A DNA stretch of 64,000 bases, taken from NCBI RefSeq assembly GCF_000142905.1, contig NW_013657659.1, forward strand, positions 398,442 to 462,441, in the 5' to 3' direction. This document shows, piece after piece, positions 22,931 to 33,099 of this stretch (the stretch's first letter is position 1; each line of letters starts with the position of its first letter). The notes under the pieces were generated by a model that saw only the letters and a program-made list of their open reading frames with translations, searched no databases and was not told the DNA's origin. The stretch comes from Thecamonas trahens ATCC 50062. Lineage: Eukaryota > Protista > Apusomonadida. Position numbers and translations under genes: made by a program.

Positions 22931-24034
22931 CTATGCTACACTGCTCCAGTGAAGAGTGTCCTGATAGAGAGTGGTGGCCATGTGGCGAAGCCTGCGCTTG
23001 GCAATGTTGGAGCGGACAAGGCGGGTGGTCTGATCGTCGAGGACGGTGGTCAGCCGCGGAGTGGCCGGGAACGGGCCGATACCCCATGTGGTGCGGGCTT
23101 CAACTCGTGCACGAGCCCGATCAAAGGCAACATTGTTGACGGCAACACGCTCTTCGCGGGCAAGGATCTTGAGCTCGACGGCGCGCTTCTTGTTGACCAC
23201 CCGGCGTCGGGAATCCAGACGTGAACGTGCGGCCCGGGCCTCCTTGGCCAGCCTTGCGCGGTCGCGGCGGAAGACGGCCCGGGCCTGCGCAAGTGCAGCC
23301 TGGCGGAGCCGCATCTTGCGGGCAACCTGGGTGTCTGCCACCCGGCGGACCGGCGAGCGCATCAGTGCGACGTCCGGCGGCAGCGGGATCATGGGCAGCG
23401 GCGAGGTTGCTGGGCGTGGAGCCGACGGGGCGTGCGGGGACTGTGGGCCCTGTGGGCCCTGTGGCGGATGCACAGCGAGCGAGCCTGTCTTCGACGCCAT
23501 CCGCAGCGACGCCGATGCAGCTCGCAGTCGCCGCCGTCTCAACCGCTGCGCCACGGCCGCCAGGCGCTGCTCCTCTGCAGCGGCCTCGGCCTTGACCCGG
23601 GCCCGCTCAGCCTCGACCTCCTTCTCCACCTTGCGCCGCTTGGCATCAAAAGCTCTCCGAGTCTCCAGCGCCTTGATCCGCAGCTCCTCTTGTGCCGCTC
23701 GCGCCGCCTTGAGCTCATCCCTCGGCGGGGCATGGACCATCTCCAGCACACACTCGGAGCCAACCGCACGGGCATGGATCTCTTCCGGATGGGCATCCTT
23801 TGCATGGCTCTCGTCGGCATCGGTCATAAAGGTAGCCCGAGTAGCAGAGCCACTCTCGCCAGCGCCTTCCGGTGTCCTGCCAGGGCCAGTTTCGGCCATG
23901 GCCATCATGGTTCGGTTGGTTCTTGTCCGTGCTCTCGCGGCAGCTGCGGCCGTCATGGTCTCTGCCAGACGAGCCGCCCGTGGCGAAGGGAAAGCAAAGC
24001 GGCTGTCATGCGCCCTTGTTCGCCTTCCTCCCAT
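22931..24034 (-). CDS. Hypothetical Arg/Ala/Glu-rich coiled-coil protein
   Basis: 367-aa ORF with charged helical segments; start uncertain. Confidence 0.55.
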   Translation of the reverse strand: MGGRRTRAHDSRFAFPSPRAARLAETMTAAAAARARTRTNRTMMAMAETGPGRTPEGAGESGSATRATFMTDADESHAKDAHPEEIHARAVGSECVLEMVHAPPRDELKAARAAQEELRIKALETRRAFDAKRRKVEKEVEAERARVKAEAAAEEQRLAAVAQRLRRRRLRAASASLRMASKTGSLAVHPPQGPQGPQSPHAPSAPRPATSPLPMIPLPPDVALMRSPVRRVADTQVARKMRLRQAALAQARAVFRRDRARLAKEARAARSRLDSRRRVVNKKRAVELKILAREERVAVNNVAFDRARARVEARTTWGIGPFPATPRLTTVLDDQTTRLVRSNIAKRRLRHMATTLYQDTLHWSSVA

Positions 24035-24186
24035 CCTTCCTCGCTCCTTCTTTCCGCTGTTCCTGCTCTCCGCCGCCCACTCCCGGCCGTGGTCTGCGTC
24101 AAGTGCTCTCCCTGCTGCTTCAAACTGCCTGCCGCAGCGGAGTCGGTTGTGGCTGCTGCTGCTGCGGGCATGGTGATGGAGCGATA

Positions 24187-24283
24187 GGGCGATGGGGCGA
24201 TGGGGCGATGGGGCGATGGGGCGATGGGGCGATGGGGCGATGGGGCGATGGGGCGATGGGGCGATGGGCGATGGGGCGATGGG
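24187..24283. repeat. 8-bp minisatellite (GATGGGGC)n; a (GTGGACAG)n array follows at about 24446-24486
   Basis: About 12 copies of the first unit and about 5 of the second, in the divergent intergenic region. Confidence 0.9.
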
Positions 24284-24516
24284 GTGATACAGCTCCGGTC
24301 AGTTGCGGCCATCAACTCGGCTGTCGTCTGGGCATGGCACTGTTCGCCAGTGGCGTGGTGGCCGGGACAGGAGGAAGTGGCTGGGAGAGGGACAGCGACA
24401 CGGCACACACCTCTTTGTCGAGGGTACACAACCAAGCCCAGGGAGGTGGACAGGTGGACAGGTGGACAGGTGGACAGGTGGACAGGCTGGCTGGCAGGGT
24501 TGGGAGCAGGTGGGCC

Positions 24517-26244
24517 ATGGCGCAACTGGTAGAGGTGATGGAGCATGGCTCCGGCATGGGTATGGGCATGGTCGAAAAGCAGGTACAACGGGACGAGGGG
24601 ACAAAGCGGAAGGTGCCTACGGCAGTCTCTCATCCGGACATTGGCCGGGATGGTGGCCTTGGCTCGGTTGCCCACCGCGGGGGCGTGGCGGGCGATCAGC
24701 ACGGCGCGCTCGCCGCTGGCGACTCTCTGGGTGCCGTGAGCGCAAACCCGTCCCGGGCTCAATCTGCTTGCACGCCGCACTCCCGGCCGCTGGCTGTTGC
24801 CGGCGCCGCTACAGTGTCGACAACATTGGCACGCGCGCTGGGTGATGAGGCCGTTGGCAAGAGTGATGCGGGAGCGAGTGTGAAGCGTGATCGTCCGACG
24901 TCGGCGCCTGTCCACCGACGCGGTGCCGAGGGCGAGTTGGTGGCGGCAGCAGCTGCTGCTGGGCTTGCGGGCCTGGTGTTTGAGTATGATCTCGGCCCCG
25001 AGTTTGAGCCGCGGGAAAAGGTGCCGTCGCGGTTTGCGGTGACTCGCGATCGGGTGGAGGCTGAGCTTCGCGCACGCGCCCCCGAAGCCCACATGCCGGT
25101 CCTTCCCGACGGCCGACGGCGGCGACTGGCGTCGGCGGCATCGCGCCGGATGCTGGCCCGCTCGTCGCGCGCGCGCGCCCGCAAGCCGTTTCTCGCCCGA
25201 ATGATGGACGACGTCGCACGTGCAAGAGCCGCGGCAAGCTTGCCCAGGCCGCCGCCGCCGGCCGCGGCGCCTGCCACGCTCCTTCACCAGCAGCTGGCTG
25301 CGGCGCGCGAGGCGGCGGCCCTGCCGACACAAAGCATCGAGTCTGAGACCTCGCGCCGAGTTCGCAAGCGACTTGAGCAGGCCGAGCGGCAGCAAAGGCG
25401 GCGGGAGGCTCGGGTCCGCACGCAGCTCAAGAACATCGCCCGGCAGCACGAGCTCATCCGCCGCGAGCTAGAGGAGGAGCGAGCTGCCGCGCGGATTCAG
25501 CGCCAAGACGAAGAGACTGCTCGCGCCACACGGCGGGCAAAACGGCGCGAGTCGGCCGGTGAGCGCAAGCAGCGACTTGCCCGGCAGCGTGCGCGCGATA
25601 TGGCGGCTCGCTCGCGGCGGCTGGCCCGGATCCGCGAGGAAAAGGCCCGTGCGCGCGAGCTAGCCCGACGCGACGCCGAGGAGCAGCAGGCCAAGAGAAG
25701 AGCGCGCGTGGCAGAGGCTGACGCGCAGCGAGCAGCACGATCGATCACGCTTGCCAGGGAGCAGGAGGCAGTGGTCCGCAGGCGCGAGGAGGCCCAGCTC
25801 CGCCGGATGCAGGCCATTGCAGCGTCACGCGCCCGCGAGGAGGCCCGGTCGAGAGCCGCCGCCGACAGGCGCGCTCGCAAACATGCCGCGACCGAGACCC
25901 GCATCCGGCAAGCCGAGCTCGCGCGGCTCCACATTCAAGAGCAAGTGGACCAGCGTCGGTCTGAGTTTGGCCTCGGCGTCGGCTCGCGGTTCTTCGACTA
26001 TCTCGTCGAGGAGTCGCTTCGCGAGAGCCTGGCCGGGCCCGGGCCCGCGAAGGGCGGTGGCGAGGGTGGCGGAGACGGCGAGAGCGGCAGCAGCGAGCAG
26101 GCCGATGGCGATGCAGGCGTCACTGCGGCGCTGTCGCCGCGGCCGCATTCGACGCCACGGCCGCCAAGCAGGCCACGGCCGAAAAGTTCGGGCGGGCGGC
26201 GACCGAGGCGGCGGCGAGCATTGAGCGGTGCGGGCAGGGCATGA
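24517..26244 (+). CDS. Hypothetical long charged coiled-coil protein
   Basis: 3' part of the 790-aa ORF, E/R/A-rich helix; start uncertain. Confidence 0.55.
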   Translation: MAQLVEVMEHGSGMGMGMVEKQVQRDEGTKRKVPTAVSHPDIGRDGGLGSVAHRGGVAGDQHGALAAGDSLGAVSANPSRAQSACTPHSRPLAVAGAATVSTTLARALGDEAVGKSDAGASVKRDRPTSAPVHRRGAEGELVAAAAAAGLAGLVFEYDLGPEFEPREKVPSRFAVTRDRVEAELRARAPEAHMPVLPDGRRRRLASAASRRMLARSSRARARKPFLARMMDDVARARAAASLPRPPPPAAAPATLLHQQLAAAREAAALPTQSIESETSRRVRKRLEQAERQQRRREARVRTQLKNIARQHELIRRELEEERAAARIQRQDEETARATRRAKRRESAGERKQRLARQRARDMAARSRRLARIREEKARARELARRDAEEQQAKRRARVAEADAQRAARSITLAREQEAVVRRREEAQLRRMQAIAASRAREEARSRAAADRRARKHAATETRIRQAELARLHIQEQVDQRRSEFGLGVGSRFFDYLVEESLRESLAGPGPAKGGGEGGGDGESGSSEQADGDAGVTAALSPRPHSTPRPPSRPRPKSSGGRRPRRRRALSGAGRA

Positions 26245-26340
26245 GAAGTGGTTCATTTCTCGGACGAAGGAAGGTAGGTGCGAGTGGTATGGGCGAGTGG
26301 CTGGATGTGAGTGGCTGTGTGAGTGGCTGTGCACTGTACA

Positions 26341-27901
26341 CTAGCGGAGCGCCGAGTCGGCCTGATAGGTAAAGCCCTCAAAGGCGCCCTTGGCGGCGTC
26401 GGCGAGCGCGCCAGACGGCTCAACATACGAATCGACGACGGGCATGTCAGTAAAGGTGGGATCAAAGAGCGACGAGTCATCCTCACCCTTGACGTCGGGG
26501 GTCCAGGGCGGAGTGATGTTCTTTGCGACGAGCTTGGTCCAGTTGATGTTGGCAAAGTATGGGTGCGACTTGATGGCCTCGCCGCCGCCGTCGCCAGCGC
26601 CGAGGCGGTTGGCAGGCGTGCGGTCGAGGAGCTTGCGGATAAAGTCCTGCGTGACGTCCGGGATGTCGTCAGGGAAGACCAGGTCCGAGTACAGGATCTT
26701 GCGGTACATCGTGTTGGTGTCGTTGGAGTAGAACGGCGGGAGGCCGGTGAGCATTTCAAAGAGGAGGACGCCAAGCGACCACCAGTCGACTTCCTTCCCG
26801 TAGCCCTCGCCCTTGAGGATCTCGGGCGCGAGGTACTCTGCGGTGCCGCAGAACGTCGAGGTGGTGTCGCCCTCGGCCATGTTCTCCTTGACCAGGCCAA
26901 AGTCGGTGATGCACAGGTGGCCGTCATTGGCGATGAGGATGTTCTCGGGCTTGAGGTCGCGGTAGACGACGTCGAGGGCGTGCAGGTAGTCGAGGGCGAG
27001 CGTGAGCTCGGCAGCGTAGAACTGGCAGCGAGCAGGCGCAAACTTGACTTCGTTCTGCAGATGGAAAAAGAGCTCGCCGCCGTTGACGTAGTCGAGGATG
27101 AGGTAGAGCTTAGTGTCGGTCTGGAACGAGAACTTGAGGCCGACAATAAATGGATGGTTGACCTGGCCGAGGACCCGCTGCTCGGCTCGGGTGTGCTCGA
27201 CCTCGTCGCGCGCGATGATGACCTCCTTGTTGAGTGTCTTCATCGCGTACAGGTTGCCAGTATCCTTCTTGCGCACCAGCATGACCTTGCCAAACGAGCC
27301 TTTGCCCAGGACCTTGAGCAGGTCAAACGCGTCGACCGAGAGTTTGGCGTCGCCCGCCGGCTGGCAGGTGTACTCGACTGCAAGGTGCACAGAGCCCTTG
27401 ACCTTGTCCTTCCACTGCTGCGGGATGAGCTTGAACCACTGCTTGTGCTCGCGCCCGGCCTCCAGGCTCGACAGCCGGATCTTGACATGACCGAGGAACG
27501 TCTTGGTGCTCTTGTCCCACACCGAGACCTGCAGCTCGCCCACCGACGACGTCACGTCAAACTTGAACGACGCGTTCCAGCTCGGGTTGGTTGCATCGTC
27601 CGACGCCTTTGTCTTCACCTTTTGCTTGTCGTACGTCAGCTTGCAGTACGGCCGCCAATCTGTGCCCACCTCCCCCAGCGCATTCCCAGCATCGACCGAC
27701 ATCGATCAGCATCAGTAACCCAATGAGTGCATTTCATAGCATGGCGTAACATTCCGCTTACCCCCCCTCAACACACACACTTGCCCTTCCACCCCCCCTC
27801 CCCCCCCCCCCTCCCTCCCCCCCTCAGCCCCTCCCTCTCACTCCCTCTCGCTCCACCGCTAGCAAACCTACCTCCGGGCTTGAGTTCCTTTGCACCGAGG
27901 A
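26341..27901 (-). CDS. AGC Ser/Thr kinase with N-terminal C2 domain (Ypk1/Gad8/SGK-like); intron 27660-27871; first exon further upstream, unresolved
   Basis: FDLLKVLGKGSFGKV, YRDLKPEN, DFGLVK, TFCGTAEYLAPE, hydrophobic motif FEGFTY. C2 segment PYCKL..NPSWNASFKF. A 30-nt exon (27872-27901, LGAKELKPG) has a GTAGGT donor. Confidence 0.92.
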
Positions 27902-28518
27902 CTGCCACCCATCGATTTCTCCAGTGAGTATGTCCATCTATACAGAAACATGTATGATTGTGTACGCGTGTATGTATGCGTGTGTGTGCGTGTGCGTGTG
28001 TGTGTGTGGGGGGGGGTAGGGGGGAGGGGAAGGAGTGGGGGGAGACATGGCTATTCCGTGGAACTCATTTCTTGGCGGCCTGGACGAGGGGGGGCAATCA
28101 GAGTATATGTGGATGGGGGGGAGGGATAGGTGGAAGAAGAAGATGTGCCTTGTGCTTCTTGTATGTGTGTGTGTGTGTGCATGTGTGCGTGTGTTTGTGT
28201 GTGTGGAGGAGGTCCCTGGAGGGAGCTTGGCTGTGGTGGAGGCATGGGCGGGTGCGAGGGGGTCACGGGTGTTGGTGGGTCGATCAGAACCAAAAAAGGG
28301 CTTCATTGCCAGGTGTGGTCACCATGGTCATGGGCATGGGTATGGACATGGGATGGAGGATGGAGACGGTGGAGGGTGGATATGGTTTGGTATGGGCTGA
28401 GGCTTACTCTTGACAGACAGAATGCCGATGTCGGAAGCTGCCATGGTTGGATGGTACTCGCGATGGCTCGGAGGAGGGCCGAGGTGACGACGAGTGTGGC
28501 CGTCTGTCGTGTGCCGTG

Positions 28519-31328
28519 CAGTGTTTGCAATGAATACCAGCATTCATCGGTCTATTCATCCAGGTATTCAATTCGGTATTCCCTTTCGGGGCTATGAATA
28601 CCCACATGTGCGACTTTGCCCGGACTTGACGCCAGAATCTACACCGCTCTCAGCACTACCATGACCGGCGATGTGCTGCGCAACTTGCGTGTTCGCAGTC
28701 AAAGCAAGTCAAGCGTGTACTGGTCGGTGGTTTACGAAGATGAAGGTGGCGAGGATGGCAAGTTTCGATGCATGCTGTGTGGCGTGCAGGTCACCGCCTC
28801 GCATGGTAAGACCTCCAACATCGCCAACCACATGAAGCTTCAGCACCGCAGCCTCATCCAGCGGCTTGCTAAGGCAGTCGGCCCTGAGACCTCGTCCCAG
28901 CCATCCATCACGCAGTCACTTGGGACGCTGTCCGGCAAGTCACTAGCGGCTCGCAAGAGGGCAACGGCGCCTGCAGCCGTCAAGTTCGTCCTGAGCTCGC
29001 ACTCGCCGTTCCGCATCATGGACAACCCCGACATGCACGCCATGGTGGCGGCGGCATCGCGCCTCTCTGTTGAGCAAATCAAGCAAGTACTTCCATCTGC
29101 GTACCAGGTAGCCGGACCTGGCCTTGATGCGTTGTTTGAGCGCTGCCGCCAGTCCGTCGTCAACCTGACAAAGTCCGGACCTGTCGTGCTGTATGTCGAC
29201 GAGTGGACGTCCAAGGCGACACACAAGTCATTTCTCGGCATGTGCGCCTCCTTCTACAATAATGATGGAGAGCGTGTAACCGTTCCGGTTGCTTTTCGTG
29301 CCCTCACGCCTGAGACTATGCTCGCGATCCAGGAGACTGGTTTGGATAGCGAGCCATCATCAGGCGCCGTAGCAGCGGAAGCACTGGATCACCTGTCTAC
29401 CAATGCGGCCACACTGGCCAGTATGGTGAAGGAATGCACGGATCGGATGGGACTGGAGTGGGGCCGTGTTTGCGGCGTGGCGACTGACACTACGTCGGTC
29501 ATGCCGTGCATGGCGCGTGAGCTTGGTCTGCCTTGGTTTCCCTGCCTATCCCACCGCATCAACCTCATCGCAGGCAAGGTCATCCGCCACCTCGGCTCGG
29601 TCGCCGAGCCCTGCCCTGAGCTCATCATGCAGGACAACATGCTCGACCTAGTCGGAGACAAGCTTGTGGACAACTTTTCGGACACGGAGGGGGATGACGT
29701 AGGTAGCGACACCGAGCCAATGGAGGCTAACTCGAGCGATCCAACGCCAGGTCCGTTCAGCGGAGCCGACTTGTCGGCGCCCGCACCAGTTGCGCCAGTG
29801 GCCAAGCGCAAGAACCCCGGTGCTACCAACGATGACGTCCCCCTCGACGATTTGTTGCTCTCAGACCTGCCCAATGCCCCTCTCGATGGTCGCCCGGATC
29901 CTCTGTCGAAGGCTCGTCGCATTGTGGCCCTCGTTCAGCGCTCGTCTAAGGTCAAGCGCTACCTCGACCATATCATTGACAAGAAGGAGCACTTGGAACA
30001 GGAGGAGTACAACATCGAGGTCTCCAAGTACAAAGGGCTAGTGCAGGGCGGATTGGCGCACAAGGTCGCCCCTCCTATCATGCCACGTCGTCGTCCGCGG
30101 TCGCTGCGCCCATCTGTCGTCACCCGCTGGGGGTCGACTGTTGCCATGCTCAATCGCATGCTCGACATGCGCGAGGACATTGACGAGCTCTGCTCCATGC
30201 CGGAGGTCTCGGTCGAGAAGCTTTCGGACGACGACTGGGCGCAGCTCAAGCTCGCGTACCCAGTCCTCAGCATGATCGACATGGCCTCCACCAGATCGCA
30301 GAGGGAGGATAATCGGCCCTCGGATGCGATTGTGACGATGCTGCATATGCGCTCCGGCATGCAAGAGATTATCTCAGTCCAGGCGTCTGGCGCGGGCACA
30401 GCCGCTTTGAAGGCAATCGGAAGCGAGCTCAAGTACTTTGCCGAGCAAGACACATCGCTATTCGCTTTCCTCATTGACCCCGAGGTCACCCATGAGCAAC
30501 TGCGAGAGTTTTATGGCTGCTACGCCAAGGCATTGTACGGCGACAGAACGACAGATACCTTGATCCAGCGCGTTCGCCGCGACGTGTGGGGCCGCTTTGC
30601 GAGCAAGATTGCGGTTGCATTCCATGACCAGCTTGCGCGCACCGAGAACGAACCTGTCCCGGAAGTGGTGGACATCGCGTTTGCCCCAGATGATGCTCCT
30701 CGGCGCGCCTCTGCATCTGCGAACAACATCAGTGCCGGTTCATCAGGTGTGTCCGAGTGCGGGACTGAGTCGTCACGATGTGATGAAGTTGTGGACCTTA
30801 TTCTGCAAAAGTACAAGCGCCAGCTTGAGGCTACCACCGGTAGTCGCGTTGGGTCCAAGAAGCCGCGCACGGCCTTTGCCCAGCAGGCGAGCAACCGCCC
30901 TTCCGCGACTCTGCTAATCGAGAGTTACTCCAAGGCACTTACTCAGGCCATCTTCGACTACAAGAACATCGGTGTAACGATGTCGCCAGACGCGCGCATC
31001 CAGCTGATCCCCGCCTTGGCCCGCACTAAGTGCCGCTTCGGTGACGATCAGCGCATCTTCGATCTTATGGAGGCAGCAACGGCGCTCCTTCGTCCGCTGC
31101 TGCTCCCCTCTGCTGCAGCTGCGAGCGTGGAACGGCTCAACTCGGTGGGCACAGACATGCTCACTCGTAAGCGCAACCGTCTTGACTCCGAAAGGATCGA
31201 GAAGATGGTGCTCACGCGCTGCTGGATCGCTGCCTCCACGAAGCTCGGTATCGACCTGTAGAGGAATATTCATTCCAAAGGTCCAGGTATTCATTCCTGA
31301 CCAATATTTCGCGAAATTTCAAACACTG
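28519..31328 (+). mobile_element. Complete autonomous-type hAT DNA transposon (2810 bp)
   Basis: TIRs CAGTGTTTG(C/A)AAT (28519-28531 and 31316-31328, 12/13 match); perfect 8-bp TSD GTGCCGTG (28511-28518 and 31329-31336); subterminal GGTATTCA/TGAATACC repeats; single transposase ORF. Confidence 0.96.
28661..31261 (+). CDS. hAT transposase (BED finger + DDE + C-terminal dimerisation domain)
   Basis: SVYW..CMLC..TSNIANHMKLQH (BED); VDEWT; ATDTTSVM; CLSHRINL (CxxH); TRWGST; SVERLNS..TRKRNRLDSERIEKMV. Confidence 0.94.
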   Translation: MTGDVLRNLRVRSQSKSSVYWSVVYEDEGGEDGKFRCMLCGVQVTASHGKTSNIANHMKLQHRSLIQRLAKAVGPETSSQPSITQSLGTLSGKSLAARKRATAPAAVKFVLSSHSPFRIMDNPDMHAMVAAASRLSVEQIKQVLPSAYQVAGPGLDALFERCRQSVVNLTKSGPVVLYVDEWTSKATHKSFLGMCASFYNNDGERVTVPVAFRALTPETMLAIQETGLDSEPSSGAVAAEALDHLSTNAATLASMVKECTDRMGLEWGRVCGVATDTTSVMPCMARELGLPWFPCLSHRINLIAGKVIRHLGSVAEPCPELIMQDNMLDLVGDKLVDNFSDTEGDDVGSDTEPMEANSSDPTPGPFSGADLSAPAPVAPVAKRKNPGATNDDVPLDDLLLSDLPNAPLDGRPDPLSKARRIVALVQRSSKVKRYLDHIIDKKEHLEQEEYNIEVSKYKGLVQGGLAHKVAPPIMPRRRPRSLRPSVVTRWGSTVAMLNRMLDMREDIDELCSMPEVSVEKLSDDDWAQLKLAYPVLSMIDMASTRSQREDNRPSDAIVTMLHMRSGMQEIISVQASGAGTAALKAIGSELKYFAEQDTSLFAFLIDPEVTHEQLREFYGCYAKALYGDRTTDTLIQRVRRDVWGRFASKIAVAFHDQLARTENEPVPEVVDIAFAPDDAPRRASASANNISAGSSGVSECGTESSRCDEVVDLILQKYKRQLEATTGSRVGSKKPRTAFAQQASNRPSATLLIESYSKALTQAIFDYKNIGVTMSPDARIQLIPALARTKCRFGDDQRIFDLMEAATALLRPLLLPSAAAASVERLNSVGTDMLTRKRNRLDSERIEKMVLTRCWIAASTKLGIDL

Positions 31329-31422
31329 GTGCCGTGTGCAAGTGCGTGCGGCGAGCGGCGCGGGGCGCTCGATCGGGCAGAAAAGGTGATGAGGGCGGGG
31401 TGGGTCAGGGGAGTAAGGGGGT

Positions 31423-32914
31423 TTAACGCCAGATCTGGCGGATGCTCATGTTCTCGTTCTCGTTGCGGTGCATGACCTTTGCGACGGCCATGGTAAAGTC
31501 CTCCTGGGAGATGTGGATGCGGCGCTCGCGGAGGGCAAACATGCCGGCCTCTGTGACGACGGCCTTTGTCTCTGCGCCCGAAGCGCCGCCGAGAAGCGAA
31601 GCGATCTTCTTGAGGTCGATGCCGCGGGTGAGATTCATCTTGCGCGAGTGGATCTTGAGGATGTCGAGGCGTGCGGTCTCGGACGGGTTGGGGAACTCGA
31701 TCTTGCGGTCGATGCGGCCCGGGCGGAGGAGGGCCGGGTCGAGGATGTCGATGCGGTTTGTGGCCATCAGAACCTTGATGTTCTGCGAGGCCTCAAAGCC
31801 GTCAAGCTGGTTGAGTAGCTCGAGCATGGTCCGCTGGACCTCCGAGTCGCCGCGCGAGCCTTCGATGCGCGACGAGCCGATCGAGTCGATCTCATCCATA
31901 AAGATGATGGACGGCGCGTGCTCGCGCGCCATGATGAACAGCTCACGGACCATGCGCGAGCCCTCACCGATGTACTTTTGCACCAGCTCCGAGCCCGAGA
32001 CCCGGATAAAGGTGCACTCGGTGTGGTGGGCGACGGCGCGGGCGAGGAGGGTCTTGCCGGTCCCCGGCGGGCCGAACAACAGCACGCCCTTGGGCTGCGC
32101 GATGCCAAGCGCATCAAACAGTTCCGGGTGCTTGATGGGGAGCTCGATGACTTCGCGGATCTGCTTGATCTGCTCGTCGAGCCCGCCGATCATGTCGTAC
32201 GTTGCGTCGGGCACCTTCTCGACACGCATCAGCGACACAATCGGGTCGACCTTGTTGGGCAGGATCTTGTGGAGCTTGTACGACTCGGACCGGAGCGCAA
32301 CTCGCGTGTTCGGCTTAATGTCCTTGATGTCCACTCCCTTGTCGAGCTTGACCACGTACTTGCCCTCCGGGTTGACCTTGACCAGCACCCGGTCCTTGCC
32401 CATGGCCTTGACCACCTCGCCCACGTACGAACCAGACGTCGAAAGCACCTTCAGCTCCTCGCGCAGCTCACGGACCTGCACTCCCCCACCCTCGTGCAGT
32501 AAGTGCTAGCTGTAGCTGCTGAGGAGCCTTGGCCCTGCACAACTGGCATGCCAGGCAAGGCAGTGGCAGCCTTCGATCGGGCGCAAAAAATGGACGGGTC
32601 GCCCTGCTGCTTGCTGCTTGGCGCGCCACCTTCCATAGCAGGCAGGGGGCGAACAGGTACAGAGCAGGGGGGAGGGGGGGGGGGGGGGGAGTAGGGGAAT
32701 AATGGGCTGGAGACTGGGAGTATGGGGAGTAGGGAGGGTGCAGGGGAAGGAGGCGGCACGGTACCTTTGAGTTGAGGTCGTTGCGCTGGGCCTCGAGCCG
32801 GCGCAGGTTCTCGGTCTTGTTCCGGACGGTGGCCTCCAGCTTGAGGATGCGGTCAGCGTAGTAGGAACGGAGGCCCTCGTGGCTGCCTGGGGCGGCCGCA
32901 GACGACTTTGTCAT
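31423..32914 (-). CDS. PSMC5: 26S proteasome AAA-ATPase subunit Rpt6; intron 32476-32764
   Basis: [15 protein letters not shown]|VRELREEL; [18 protein letters not shown]; FMDEIDS; [29 protein letters not shown] intron in phase 0. Confidence 0.97.
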
Positions 32915-33099
32915 GCTCTTTGTGTGAGCGGTGACGAGTGTGGGTGGTTGGGTGGTGGTCGAGGTAGGACGTGCGCTGCGGGAGGGCGAGGTCGCTGAGC
33001 GGCGGGCGACGGGCGACGGGCGACGGGCGGAGGGTGACGGGCAATGGGTGGCGGGCGGGAATGGAAGGAGGGGCATATCATTCTAATGGTCAGAGTCTG

